64,000 bases of DNA from Candidatus Spongiisociaceae bacterium (GTDB taxonomy: Bacteria > Actinomycetota > Acidimicrobiia > Spongiisociales > Spongiisociaceae), in NCBI GenBank assembly GCA_965219685.1, contig CBDCOH010000002.1:3104001-3168000 (forward strand), given 5' to 3'. Made by a program: the position numbers and the translations under genes. The notes under the pieces are model-generated. The model saw only the letters and a program-made list of their open reading frames with translations, did no database searches and was not told the origin of the DNA. Below are positions 30,336 through 41,645 of the stretch, piece by piece (within the stretch, counting starts at the first letter, position 1; each line of letters begins with the position of its first letter).

Positions 30336-30374
30336 GTGGTGGACCCCCATTAGGAGCATCCGGGGCGGTTCAGA

Positions 30375-32328
30375 CCCGAGTTTGGCGGGTTGGGGGGCTT
30401 TGTGGGGGTGGTTGGTTCGCTGACCTGGGGTTTTGTGGTGTAGAACACCGTTCCGGTGCGAGAATGTAGGGGCGACATATCGTTGATTAGATGGGCTGTT
30501 AGTGGTATTGTTCTGGCCATGTTCGTAAAGACGACCCGCCGTCGCAGGGGCGACAAGGTTTACGAGTATTTGTCTTTGGTGGAGTCTTTCCGCCAAGGGT
30601 CGAAGGTCGGTCACCGGACTCTTTTGCGGCTGGGGGAGGTGACCGCTTTGCGGGAGTCCGGCCAGCTGGAACGGATCGTGGCCGCGCTGGAGCGTCATCT
30701 ACGCCGCGAACGTGTCGATGTGGGGGCGTTGGAAGCTGAGGGGGCGCCTGGGGTGGGGGCGGTAGCGGCGGTGTGGGCGGTGTGGCAGCGGCTCGGCCTC
30801 GACGAGTGGTTCGCTCAGGTCGGCGCTAGACGGGGCGCGAAGGCCTTGGAGCATGCGGTATTCGCGATGGTGGCCAACCGGTTGGTGGCACCGTGCTCGA
30901 AGCGGCAACTGGTTGAGTGGGCCGGGGCGGATGTGGTCATGCCCGAGGGCTGGTCGGCTCCGTCGATTGATCAGTACTACCGGGCCCTGGACGCGGTCGC
31001 CGCTTCCAAGGACGACACGGAGACACATCTGTATTCGCGGTTGTGCGACCTGACGAACCTGGACCTGCGGCTGGTTTGCTACGACCTCACTTCCACATAT
31101 TTCGAGGGTTCGACCCGCCCGTCTGGGCGTTTCCCATCCCGGGCGTTCGGTTACTCGCGGGACCATCGTGCTGATCGGCCCCAGATAGTGATCGGCCTGC
31201 TGTGCACCTCCGACGGGATCCCGATCGCTCATCGGGTGTTCTCGGGCAACACCGCCGATGTCATCACCCTGGCGGCAGTGTTGAGCGACCTGGCCGAGAG
31301 GTTCGCGGTGGGCCGTATCTGTGTGGTCGCTGACAGGGGCCTGATGTCGGCAGCCAACATCGAAGTGGTCGCCGAAGCCGGGTTCGACCACATATTGGCC
31401 ACGAAACTGCGTCGTGACCGTATCAGCAACCAAGCCCTTGCGGCCATCGACGACGACACCGTCTGGGTCGACATAGACCAGTACCGTTGCCGCGCCGCTG
31501 ATATCAGCCTCGAGGACGGCACCCGGGCGGTTGTGGTCGAGTCCGACGGCCGCGCCCGCCGAGACGCCGCCCGCACAGCCCACATCATCGCCGCGGCGGA
31601 GGCAAAACTGCGGGCGCTGGAGCTGCGCGTCCGCGCCGGCAAGCTGAAGGACCCCGCCAAAATCGGGGCGGCCGCGCAGCGTATCCTCGCCTCCGGCGGC
31701 GCCGGACGGCTCTTCGACATCGAGATCGGAGCTGGACGGTTTCTCTACCACTACAACGAAGACACCCACACATACGAAGAACTCCTCGCCGGTCGCTACG
31801 TGCTAGCCACAAGCCTCACACCCGCCCAGGCCCCCACCGCCCAAGTCGTGGACCACTACCGCCAACTGCAAGCAGTCGAGACCCGCTTCAGGGTCCTCAA
31901 AGACTTCCTGAGGCTCCGCCCCGTCAGGCACTGGACCGAACAACGAGTCCGCGGCCACGTCGCGGTCTGCGTCTACGCCGCCCTAATCGAAACCCTCATC
32001 AACCACGCCCTCGCAGCAGCCGACATCCGCGATCCCGACCTCGGCGACCAGCACCTCACCGCCGCCCGAGCCCTGCGCGACCTCAACCGAATCCGCCGCC
32101 ACCAACTCACCGCCAACCGCCGCCGAATCCAGGTCACCAGCCGGCGCAGCCCCCTGCAAACCCGAATCCTCACCGCCATCGGAGCAGACACCCGCACCTG
32201 GGACAACCCCACCATCACCTAACCCCCTAACCCCACCACCGGCCCCCCACACCGCCCATGTAGTGGAAACACCCCACCGCCAAACCCCCTCTGACCAGGC
32301 AAAACGCAAAACACCCGCCAAATTCGGG
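30375..32328 (+). mobile_element. IS1634-family element copy 2 (same as copy 1, inverted), TSD TCAGA
   Basis: Same IRs and identical translation; tcaga at 30370-30374 and 32329-32333. Confidence 0.93.
30519..32222 (+). CDS. IS1634-family DDE transposase
   Basis: Identical to the 13120-14823 product. Confidence 0.93.
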   Translation: MFVKTTRRRRGDKVYEYLSLVESFRQGSKVGHRTLLRLGEVTALRESGQLERIVAALERHLRRERVDVGALEAEGAPGVGAVAAVWAVWQRLGLDEWFAQVGARRGAKALEHAVFAMVANRLVAPCSKRQLVEWAGADVVMPEGWSAPSIDQYYRALDAVAASKDDTETHLYSRLCDLTNLDLRLVCYDLTSTYFEGSTRPSGRFPSRAFGYSRDHRADRPQIVIGLLCTSDGIPIAHRVFSGNTADVITLAAVLSDLAERFAVGRICVVADRGLMSAANIEVVAEAGFDHILATKLRRDRISNQALAAIDDDTVWVDIDQYRCRAADISLEDGTRAVVVESDGRARRDAARTAHIIAAAEAKLRALELRVRAGKLKDPAKIGAAAQRILASGGAGRLFDIEIGAGRFLYHYNEDTHTYEELLAGRYVLATSLTPAQAPTAQVVDHYRQLQAVETRFRVLKDFLRLRPVRHWTEQRVRGHVAVCVYAALIETLINHALAAADIRDPDLGDQHLTAARALRDLNRIRRHQLTANRRRIQVTSRRSPLQTRILTAIGADTRTWDNPTIT

Positions 32329-32331
32329 TCA

Positions 32332-32405
32332 GACAAAGCCCTGCCCGCCGCGGCGAGCAACCAGCCCCGATACTCACACATCAGAGCCACCCAACAAGGT
32401 AATGG
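32332..32405 (-). mobile_element. Orphan IS110-A-type left end, truncated at the IS3 IR
   Basis: Reverse complement nearly identical to 722-795. Confidence 0.75.
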
Positions 32406-32517
32406 GGGCTTGGCGACGGCACCATCGACAGCCTCTGGCCCGGACTCGTCACGACCTCCGCTCACACATGAGCGTCTTGACCGCATCGGCTCCGACGTGT
32501 GGGCTGGCTCGTTTGGC

Positions 32518-35500
32518 CTAGTCGGCTGGCGGAGGCCCCGCACGGCCGGTGGCCTGCTCGGACCAGTCGCTGGAGGGATTGCCGGCGCCGTAGCGGGCGC
32601 GCACGATCACCTTGTATTCGGCGCCCGCTACGAGCCCGGTGACGGTGAGGCTGGTGTGGCGGGTGAACGCGTTGCGGGTCGGCCCGCCGAGCTTGCCGCC
32701 GAAGTCGCCGCCCACGAAGCTGCCGTCGACGGGCGCGATAGCCACTCGGTAGGGCTGGGTGGGCTCGGCGGGGTGCGGGTTCCAGCGGATCACTAGCTCG
32801 CCGGGGGCGTCGCCGGGCTCGACGGTTACGCCGGTGACCGGCGAGGATGCGCTCGGGGGGTCGTCGGAGGACTCGGGCTCGGATTCCGCCTGGCTGCGGG
32901 TGACTGTGAGCGCATAGGTCCGGGTCGTGTTGGCGTCCTCGGAAGTGACGGTCACTGTGATCGGGTTCTCGCCCACCTCGAGTTCGGCAGTCGCCGCTTC
33001 GGCTGTGACGGTGCCCGTTGCGGTCTGTACCGACACCGACGCGCCGAGGTGGTTTCTGGCGGCGGTCACCGTCACCGACTCGACGTCGTTGGCGACGCTG
33101 GCGGTGTACTCGATGGTGTCGGACGCGAAGGCCGGGGTCAACGCGACCACAGCGCCGTCGGGGTCTGTCAGCTCGAGGGCGCTCAGGGTCGCGTCGGGTG
33201 ACAGTTCCGCGGTCGCCGGCGACGCTGTCGGTTCTGTGCCGTTGATCGAGATCCTGAGCGCTTTGGAGCGGCCGCACGAGGTGATCGAACTCGAAGAGTC
33301 CCGCTGGTCCAAGCAGACGGCTTTGATCAGCCACCCCGGTGTGCTGACGCTGTCTTGGCCGTCGGCCAGGGTTGCGGCCAGGTCAAGCGAGCCGGCCAAG
33401 ACCTGTACCCTGACCAAGTAGGATGTGTCGGCGCTGAGCGCTATGGGGGATCCTTCGGGGGCTTCGAAGCGGGCTTCGCGACGCCTGGACAGCCCATTGG
33501 GTGCGGTTAGCGTCAAGGATTGGTCGCCCAGAGGGCTGTCAACCTTTTCGTAGATCCGGACGTCGAGTACTGCGTCGCTGCTGACGCGGTCGGGCTTGCC
33601 TAGCGTCACGCTGTCGATCAGCGCGCCTTTCTCGCCGGTGCGGAATCCCTGATAGATGATGGTGTCCTCGTTGTACCCGCCGACGTAGACCCAGACGTTC
33701 TTGGCCGGGTCCTGTTCCAGGTTGCTCACCAGCATCGTGCCGGTTTCGCTGTCGGGACGCGCGAACACGGCGGGCGTTTCGGCGCTGGCATGGTTGCTCT
33801 CGTCGCTGTGGCTGAACGCGTTGCGTGCTCTGATGAGGTAGAGGTAGGAGGTGTTTGGGGTGGTTTTCGTGTCGGTGTAGGTCGGGGCCGCGCTGGCGGT
33901 GTTGCTGGCGATCCGCTGGAAGTCGGGCGTAAGGGAGGCGGTGTAGGCGGTATAGGCGGTGTTGGCGCGCCAGACATGGTAGCCGGTCACCGCGGGGTCG
34001 CCCGGGTCGTCCCACGCGAGCGTGACCGTGCCGTCGTCGTGTGCGGTCGCGGTCAGGCCCTGGGGGGTTGCGGGCGGCGACAGATCAGCGGCCAGCACTT
34101 CGATCCCTTCGATCGAGACCCGCAGCGCTTCAGCGGACCCGCAGTCGGCGTAGCTGTCCGTCGCTCCTGCTGTGGCACGGCAGGCGTCGTCGAGTCGCCA
34201 GCGGGGGGCGCTGTCGGCGTCCTCGCCGTCGGAGTGGGTGGCCGACAGGCCCACAGTGCCCGAGACGCGGTCGACTTTCACCCAGTAGGACGTGTTCGCG
34301 TGGAGACGCGCGGTGGCGTCGTCTGCGACGGCGAAGGTCGCGTCCTGCCCTGAGCTCAGCGTGGCCGACAGCGACAGCGCAGCAAGCTGGGCCGCTGGTT
34401 GGCCTTCCGCGTCCTGGGCGTGTATGGCCACGCTGAGCTCGGCGTCGGTGCTGAGCTCGCCGACATCGGCCAGTGTCACGCCGCCGAGCAGCACGTCGTG
34501 GCTGCCTGTCGTGAAGCCCTGCAGCAGGCTCGACGGCTCCCCGTCGCCGCCCACCGACACGGCCAGGGTCTGCTCGGGATCCTGGCCGGCGTTGGCGACC
34601 AGGATCGTGCCGTCGCGTCTGGTCAGCACCATGACGCGGTTGCTGCTGGCGCTCAGGCCGTTGGCGTTGCGCGCTTTGACGTGATAGGCGTACACCGTGC
34701 CCGGTTTCGCCCGGGTGTCCGCGAACGACGCGGCGGCGGTTTCGGTGTCGTCCGTGAGCACGTAGCTGGTGCCCGCAAGATCCTCGCCGGGGCGGTGGCG
34801 CAGTATCTGGTGGCCGGTGATCGACTGGTCTGCGGGGTCGTCCCACACGAGCGACACGGTGCCGTCTTCGAGCGCGGCCGCGGTGAGGCCCTGCGGCGCG
34901 GCGGGGGGCAGCGTGAGATCGGCGTCGTTGTTGAGGATCGTGCCGGTCGCGGCCGCGACCGGGCCCAGGCGGGCGTTGTGGGACAACACGCCGAGCGTCA
35001 GCGTGAACGTCTCGTCGGCTTCATAGGCGGTGTCGTCGCCGGTGGGCACGCTGATCGTGGCCGCGGTCTCGCCCGCTGGGATCGTCAGCGTGCCCGCCGA
35101 CACCGGGGAGTAGTCGGGGCCGTCTGGTGCGTCCGGGTCTGCTGTCGCGGTGCCGTCGCTGGTGCTGTAGCGCACGGTGACGGCGTCTTGGGTCGCATGG
35201 CTCAGGGTGACGGCGAACTCGACGGCGGAGCCTTCGGCTGCGGCGGACCGTCCGTCGGACAGGCTCAGAAGCGGCAGCGGGGCAGTCCCCTCGTAGCCGT
35301 TGATCGAAAGTCTCAGCGTCCCGGAGAACGCGCAGTCGATGTGCTGCGCGCCGTCCTCCAGCAGGCATGTGTCGTCCATCAGCCAGCCCGGGGCGCTCGC
35401 AGCGTCCTCAGCGTCGGACACGGTGGCCGACAGCTCGAAGATGTCGGCGCCGCCTCCGATCCTCACGAAGTAGTGGGTGCTCGCGCTCAGTTCGACCGCA

Positions 35501-38500
35501 CGGCCGCCTGCGGCGGCGAACCTGGGCCGCTGGTTGTGGACCAGCCTGCGGGGGGCGGCGAAGGTGTGCAGCAACTCGCCGGGTGTTCCGTCCTTGGCAG
35601 CTGCCAGTATTTCCACGCTGATCCACGCGTCCGAGTTCACGCCTTCGACGCCGAACAGTGTGATGCTCTGCACTGCTGTGTCCCGACTTCCGGTCGTGAA
35701 TCCCTGCAGATATGTCGTCTCGACCGCACCTACCGACAAGGTGGCAAGCGGACGCTGCATCGCGTTGGTCAGCACCGTCGTCTCGTTGGGTCCGCTCCGC
35801 ACCGCAGCGCTTTCGCTCGGCCCGCTAGGTCCGTCGCCGTTGCGGGCCCTGACGCGGTACTCGTACTCGGTCCACGCGTCGACGCCGGTGTCCACGAACG
35901 CGGTCGCGGCGCTGCCGGTGTCGTTCACCAGCGTCTCGAACGCATCATCGGGGTCCTCCGCGGGTCTGCGACGCAGGATCTGGTAGCCGGTCACGGTCGG
36001 GTCGGCCGGGTCGTCCCAGCTCAAAGCAATCGCGCCATCCGCAGTCTCGGCCGCGGCGAGTCCCCGCGGCGCGGCCGGCGGCTGCGCTCCTGCGGTCTCG
36101 TTGCTGACAGCCAGGCCGCTGAACGGCTGGGCCGGCAGACCGAGCGCGCCGGCCCGGACGTAGTCGGGCCCTGAGGGCTGCTGGTAGCTGACCCGCACGC
36201 TCTGGCCCGGCTCTACAGGCGAGGCCAGTGCCAGCACGACCTCGCTGCCGGCGACGGTGGCGTCTTCGACAGGTCGGTCGCTGCCGTCGGCAGCGACCGT
36301 GAACGCGGTCGGGGGCAGCGTGACCGACGGATCCAACATCTCTGCCCAGGTGAGGACCATTTCGTCCCGGTCGACGGTCGCCTGGTGCAGCCTCACATAG
36401 GCCATGGCCACCGGGGCGGTGGGATCGCTGGTAACTGTCTCGTCGACGCCGCGGTCGTCGGCGAAGCTCACTCGCACCGCGACGGCATGGCCCGCGTCCG
36501 CGGCGTTCGGCGTGTACGCGGGACCGGTCGCGCCCTCGATGTCGGTGTGGCCGGTCTCGGAGTCGTCGTCTGCGCGGATCCATTGGTAGGCGAACACGGC
36601 GTTGTCCATTCCGCCGGGGTCGTAAATGCTCGACGTGTCCGCTCGCAGCGTCTCCCCGGCCTGGGCGATGCCGCGGATCGTCGGCTTGCCCGTCGCGGGG
36701 CGGTTCGGCCGCGGCGTGACGGTCGGTGTGGGATCGCTGGTCAGCGACTCTTCGTTGCCGCGGTCGTCGGCGAAGCTCACTCGCACCGCGACGGTATGGC
36801 CCTCGTCGGTGTCGGTCAGCGTGTAGTCGGCGCCGGTCGCGTCCGCGATGTCGACTGCGCCGGTCTCGGAGTCGCCGTCGATGTGGACCCATTGATAGTC
36901 GAAGGTCGCCTTCTTCAGCCCGTCCGCGTCGGAGATCGCCTTGGTGTTCGCCCGCAGCGTGTCCCCCACCCGGGCCTTGCCGAGTATCGCCGTGCCCGAC
37001 CACCAGGCAGGACTGTTGACCCCATTGACCGACCGGAGTCCCACGTCGGAGCCGGCGAAGGTGTCGCTGGTCAGCGACTCGGCGTAGCCGCCGCGGTCGA
37101 CGAACGAGACGCGGACGCTGATCGAGCGTGCGGTGTAGGCTTCGGTCCAGATGTAGGTGGGCAGGGTCGCGCCGTCGATCTCGGTCTCGACGCCGCCGTC
37201 TGAGGCGATCCACTGGTAGCGGAAATGGACGCTGTCGAGTCCGTCGGCGTCGTCGATGCCTGCGGTGTCTGCCCACAGCGTGGCGCCGGTCCGGGCCTTG
37301 CCGCCGATCACGGGCGCGCCTGAAGCCGGCCGATTCGCCGCCCTAGGCCGTCTGCCCGAGGCGTACTGGCTGGTCGCGTTCATGCTCTCGATCGGTGACC
37401 AGGCCGAGACGCCCTGGTCGTTCGAAGCCCGGACACGGAACCAGAGCGTGGAGTCCGGGTCCAGACCGCTGATGATCGCGCCCTCGCCGTAGAAGGCGAT
37501 CTCGACGCCGTCGCCGGGCAGGTCAAGCCAGCCGCCACGCCAGACCTGCACGTCGTAGGAGAAGGCGCCCGACACCGCGTCCCAGGAGAGGTCGACCCCG
37601 CCGACGAACACCGCCGTGGCGTCAGGACGGCCAGGCACCTCCGGCGCGGTCAGCGAACGAACAGACGACCTCTGGGAATTACGGGACTTCGGTGCCAGCG
37701 GCTGCTGGTCGTCACGAGACCTCTCCTCCGCCTGAACCGGCACCTGTAGGCCGAGGCTGGTCGTGAGCGGCTCGTTGTCGGCGGTGCACAATGCGCCGCC
37801 GTCTTTGCCGCAGCTTCCGCCGCCCATGAGCATGATCGAGACCGCGGCCGCGCCGTCGGGCCGGATGGTCAGTTCCCAGAGATCCAGGCGGCCGTCCACC
37901 TGGGCCACGTCGCTCAGCGTGCCGCCTGTCAGCAGCAGCCGCTCGCGCAGGCCCTCGGCTGTGGTCTGCACGTCGTGGCTGAACTCGATCCGGACACGGA
38001 ACTCGGTTTCGCCGTCGTGCGACCCGGGCGCCTCGCTGAAGCTCGCCGTCAGTTCGCCGCTCGCCGATTCCCCGAGAACGCTGTTGCCGATGCTGTTGCC
38101 GATGCTGTTACCTCCGTCGGGCAGCGCGTAGGCGTCGATCCTGCCAATGGGGTTGGTCACCCAGATCGTCTCGTTGTCCGACCAGATACCGCCCGGGGGC
38201 ATGGAGCTGACATTGCGCAGCTTGATGTCAAGCAAAGGGCGGCGCTCGCCCGTGTCCAGAACGTAGGCCCGCAGCCAGTCGCGGCTGGCTGCCCACATCG
38301 TCGTGCCGTCCGACCAAATGCCGTACGCGGGGAAGTGGCCGAAGCGATCAGACTCCGCGATCGTGCGGGTGGCCACATCCAGGGTGTAAATCCCGCGAGG
38401 TTGCTGCCCGCTCAACAAGACACCGCTCAACCAGATAGTCGAACCGTCCGACCAGATGCCATTCACGTGCAGACCCCTCAGGTTGTAGTCCATCGCGGCC

Positions 38501-40912
38501 CTCCGCGCGAACGGTGTGTTGAACGTCCGGTCCGATGTCACCGGCTGGTTCTGATTATTGATCGACGTGATCTCCTGCCATTCGCATTCGCCGGCCGTGG
38601 TTGAGCCACGCTCGTAAGCCTCGAGCCGGCGTTGGGTGCCGTTGGCGACCCAGATCGTCGTGTCGTCGCCCCACATCTGGGTCAAGTCCGCGTTGCCGGA
38701 TCCGTCGCCCAACGCGGTCGGGCTCAAGTGGCAGCCGTAGTTGAAGCGGTAGTCGAGGTCGGTTGCCGTGGCCGGCAGGTGACGTTCGATCTTGCCCTGC
38801 TGCAGCGCCGACAGCTTCAGCGGATGAATCCCGAAGTGCGGAGGGTCTACGACCCAGACAATGTCGGAGTCGGCGTCGCCCCAGATCCCGGTCGGCTGCC
38901 AGAAGTCTGCGAGAACCGCGATGTCCGCGTAGCCCGGCTCGGCGACGATGACATTGCCGTCGTCGCCGAATCGCAAGCGGACACTGCCTTCAGCCCAGAG
39001 ATAGGCTGACAGCTTCTCGGCGGGTAGCAGGCTGGAACCGACCGCCGGCGCGATCCTGCGCCGGTGATAGTTGACCGGTTCGGTGTCGTCCACGTCGACG
39101 ACCAGCGTGCTCTCGATCTGGTTGAACCGCTCGTCCGTGCTGGACGCCGTATGGACCACAACGTAGGACCCGTTGGTCCGGTCCGCGTCGGGACGGGCCG
39201 ACGCATAATTCTGTTGCTCACGGTTCCAGTTCTGCGGAGTGAACGTGTACTCAAAATCGGTGAGGTCTAGGTTCACGGTAGCGTCTGGGAGGGTGATTCC
39301 CAGATAGGAAACCGTGATCGTTACGTCGTCTGTCGGTTGCTTGTCCAGCTTGATCGTGTATCCCGCGGTGTCTCGGCCGTTGTCCACAATATGCAGATGC
39401 TGCTCGGAGAGCAGAATGCGGCCCGGCTTGGTCAGCCGGTAGATTCCCAGCGTGTAGTCTGTGGTGTCACCGTTCTCGGCCGTGACCCGCAGTTTGATCG
39501 TGTTGGTCTGGCCTTCCACCAGATCGAACTGGAACCGCCTCGCGTCGGGGTCCGCGTCGCTAAGTTCGTTGCCGTCGCCGTCCAGATACTGGAGCCGGGC
39601 GTGTATGTCGCTCGTCTCAGCCGCGAAAGACACGAATGTGCTGCCGAACGGAACCGTTGCCGAGTAAGAAAGATCGTTGGCGTCGAACCCGCCGATATCT
39701 ACCGGATCGCCGTCCTTCTCGTTCACCGCCAAGCTGCTCAGCGTGGCGACATCCGACGCCTCCCGTGCTATCCCGCGGATTTCCATCCTAACAGGCGTAG
39801 ATGAATTAACGACCCAGTTACTATGAACGATGTTATAAGAATAGAAGTCGTTCGCCAGAGACCAACCCGACTCACCACTCTCGCCTCGCTCGTCAACCAA
39901 TCGGACTTCCGGCCTCGTGTCAATTGGGACAATATTCTCGTTGATTGTGATCCAATAGACCGTGTTCGCCGCCAGTCTCACCGGGTCCGCAGGGGCGGTG
40001 AACACATTGACGCTGTTCGACGTCAGCGAGGACGGATTGGTCAGCGTCGCCAGCACTCTGTCGGGAACGTTGTTGTTGCTCCCGTCGAGCCTGCTGTTCC
40101 TGATCATTACTCTCGTATTCTTGCCGCTCGTGTCTCCCAGTTCGATCAGCACTGCGGAAAGCGTGTACAGATCGGAACCTGTCGTGAAACGTTGAGCGAC
40201 AATATGTGTTGAATTGCTGCGTGTGCCCGGGGTGAGCAGATTGCTGACTAGCTTGGTGTCGTCCCCTATTTCTGTTCCTCTAACCCGCATCGCGAAAGAG
40301 CTAGTGCTGGTTGTATCCCACGCGTCTGCTTCTTGAGCCTTGAAAATGTGACTGTCGCCTATGCTCCAGCCGGCTGCGCCCGTTTCGTCATCCGCACCGA
40401 ATAGTGCCACCTGGGGGCGGTCTGCTGTAGCCACTCCTTCGTTGACCACAACCCAATATGTCTTGTCCGGTTCGAGAGTGACATCAGTCTGAGCCGTAAA
40501 CCGGTTGACACTGTCGCTCGACAGAGACGAAGGACTTGCGAATACGGCCACATCGGTGCCTGGGACGCCAGCATTGTCTTCCTTCAGCTTGACCGAACCA
40601 GTCTTGTCCTGGGCTGTGTTGAACCTGACTTCGATCTCTGAGACCCGGTACCCCGCAGGATGCGCTCCAGTGCGGATGGTCTGGGCCACAACATTGTTGG
40701 AGACAACGGTGCTGGTTCTGATGTTGCCCACAAGCTCGGGAAAGGAAGCAACCTGCGCCCCCAGCGGGTAAGCACCGAATGTGGCAAAGCCCGCCAGCAG
40801 CAGCACCGCCAGACTCACCTTGGCGAGCAGACGGACGCGCCCGCCACCCGCGGGCGACACAGCCGACCCGGCCCCCTCCCCGGAAGGCACCGACCATGAC
40901 ATCTGTCTCGAC
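32518..40912 (-). CDS. Giant secreted surface protein (~2.8 kaa): repeated Q.F.TG beta-sandwich domains, cadherin-like sandwich, GIWSDG propeller, Ig/FN3, SwmB-like and Calx-beta domains
   Basis: Signal peptide LLAKVSLAVLLLAGFATFGAYPLGAQ; start placed at MSRQMSW rather than 41067 (approximate). Confidence 0.85.
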
Positions 40913-40948
40913 ATCCCCACCTTCAGCACGTTGATCAGAATCACGCTT

Positions 40949-41098
40949 GCTCGATACACGAAGCAGGCCAGCGAACTGTAACACCCATAGCACGCTGCAA
41001 CCCGGCCAACAACATGTGTATCCGTGACCGTAGCCTTTAAATCGACGTGTAGAAAAGTGTCGGTCACGGATTCTTCAACGTGGAGCCCCTCTGTGGTG
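40949..41098 (-). promoter_or_regulatory. Conserved ~150-bp upstream element (copy 2): -10 at 40975-40980, box at 41014-41028
   Basis: Homologous to 144-298. Confidence 0.65.
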
Positions 41099-41109
41099 GC
41101 GGGTGTTCC

Positions 41110-41645
41110 CTGAGCGGATGCTCCAAGAAGGCCACCTCGAGGTCAGCGGCGAGCCCTCGGCGCTGGTTGATGATCCGGTCCAAGTCGGCGGCGAGATCGC
41201 CGATTGCCTCGCCCCAGGTCGCCTCGGCTGCCACGGTGACGGTCTGGGAGCTGAGCCGCAGCCCAGGTCTGGTCGGTGAGATCTTTGGCGGCGCGGGGGG
41301 ACCGTTTCGCCATCTGGGTGCGCACTTGGGCTTTGCCGGCCGCTCGCAGCGCTATGGGGGTTGGGTATTTCACCAGCGCGGCTCTGAGACCCCGTATCGA
41401 CACCAGCCTTTCTCCCACAGCGCGTTCCAACGCCGGGGAAACAGCCAATAAGGCGTCACGCAGCCGGTTTTACGGTTCTAGTCGCGTCAGCCCCCAGGTC
41501 TGTGTCCCGACCGTTGAGGATCCGCAGACGAGCCAACAACTCATCGGTTACCCCCACCCAACTCAGACGATCCGCGTTACGCCGGGCGTAGTCAGCCAGC
41601 ACCTGAGCGTCGGTGGGGTCGGTCTTGGCCACACCCGCGTAAAGG
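41110..41645 (-). pseudogene. IS110-A-type transposase internal fragment
   Basis: LYAGVAKTDPTDAQVLADYARRNADRL; ERLVSIRGLRAAL. Confidence 0.8.

Larger units (their letters stand above)
28870..30353 (-). mobile_element. IS110-D element, intact (core AG/CT)
   Basis: cat-AG-acacccc...ccatt-AG-gagcatc junctions; TTGACA near the right end. Confidence 0.9.
26013..30360 (+). mobile_element. IS110-C element, interrupted by IS110-B (in its ncRNA) and IS110-D (in its right end)
   Basis: Left end cactcatact; reconstructed right end ttgcaaaacataggagcatc; joined ends give TTGCAA-N17-CATACT. Confidence 0.8.
25977..30372. mobile_element. IS3-IR-only mini element (~50 bp when reconstructed) hosting nested IS110s
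   Basis: tgaaccgccccgggtttgccggagactccgggggaac (25977-26013) plus cggggcggttca (30361-30372). Confidence 0.65.

Noticed and set aside
34399-36174. 591-aa plus-strand ORF and similar long antisense ORFs (7754-9172, 16534-17814, 20930-22246, 60323-61477)
   Set aside because: Shadow frames of high-GC genes with no recognisable motifs
40913-41067. N-terminal extension of the 2849-aa ORF
   Set aside because: Overlaps the conserved promoter module; the signal peptide begins downstream
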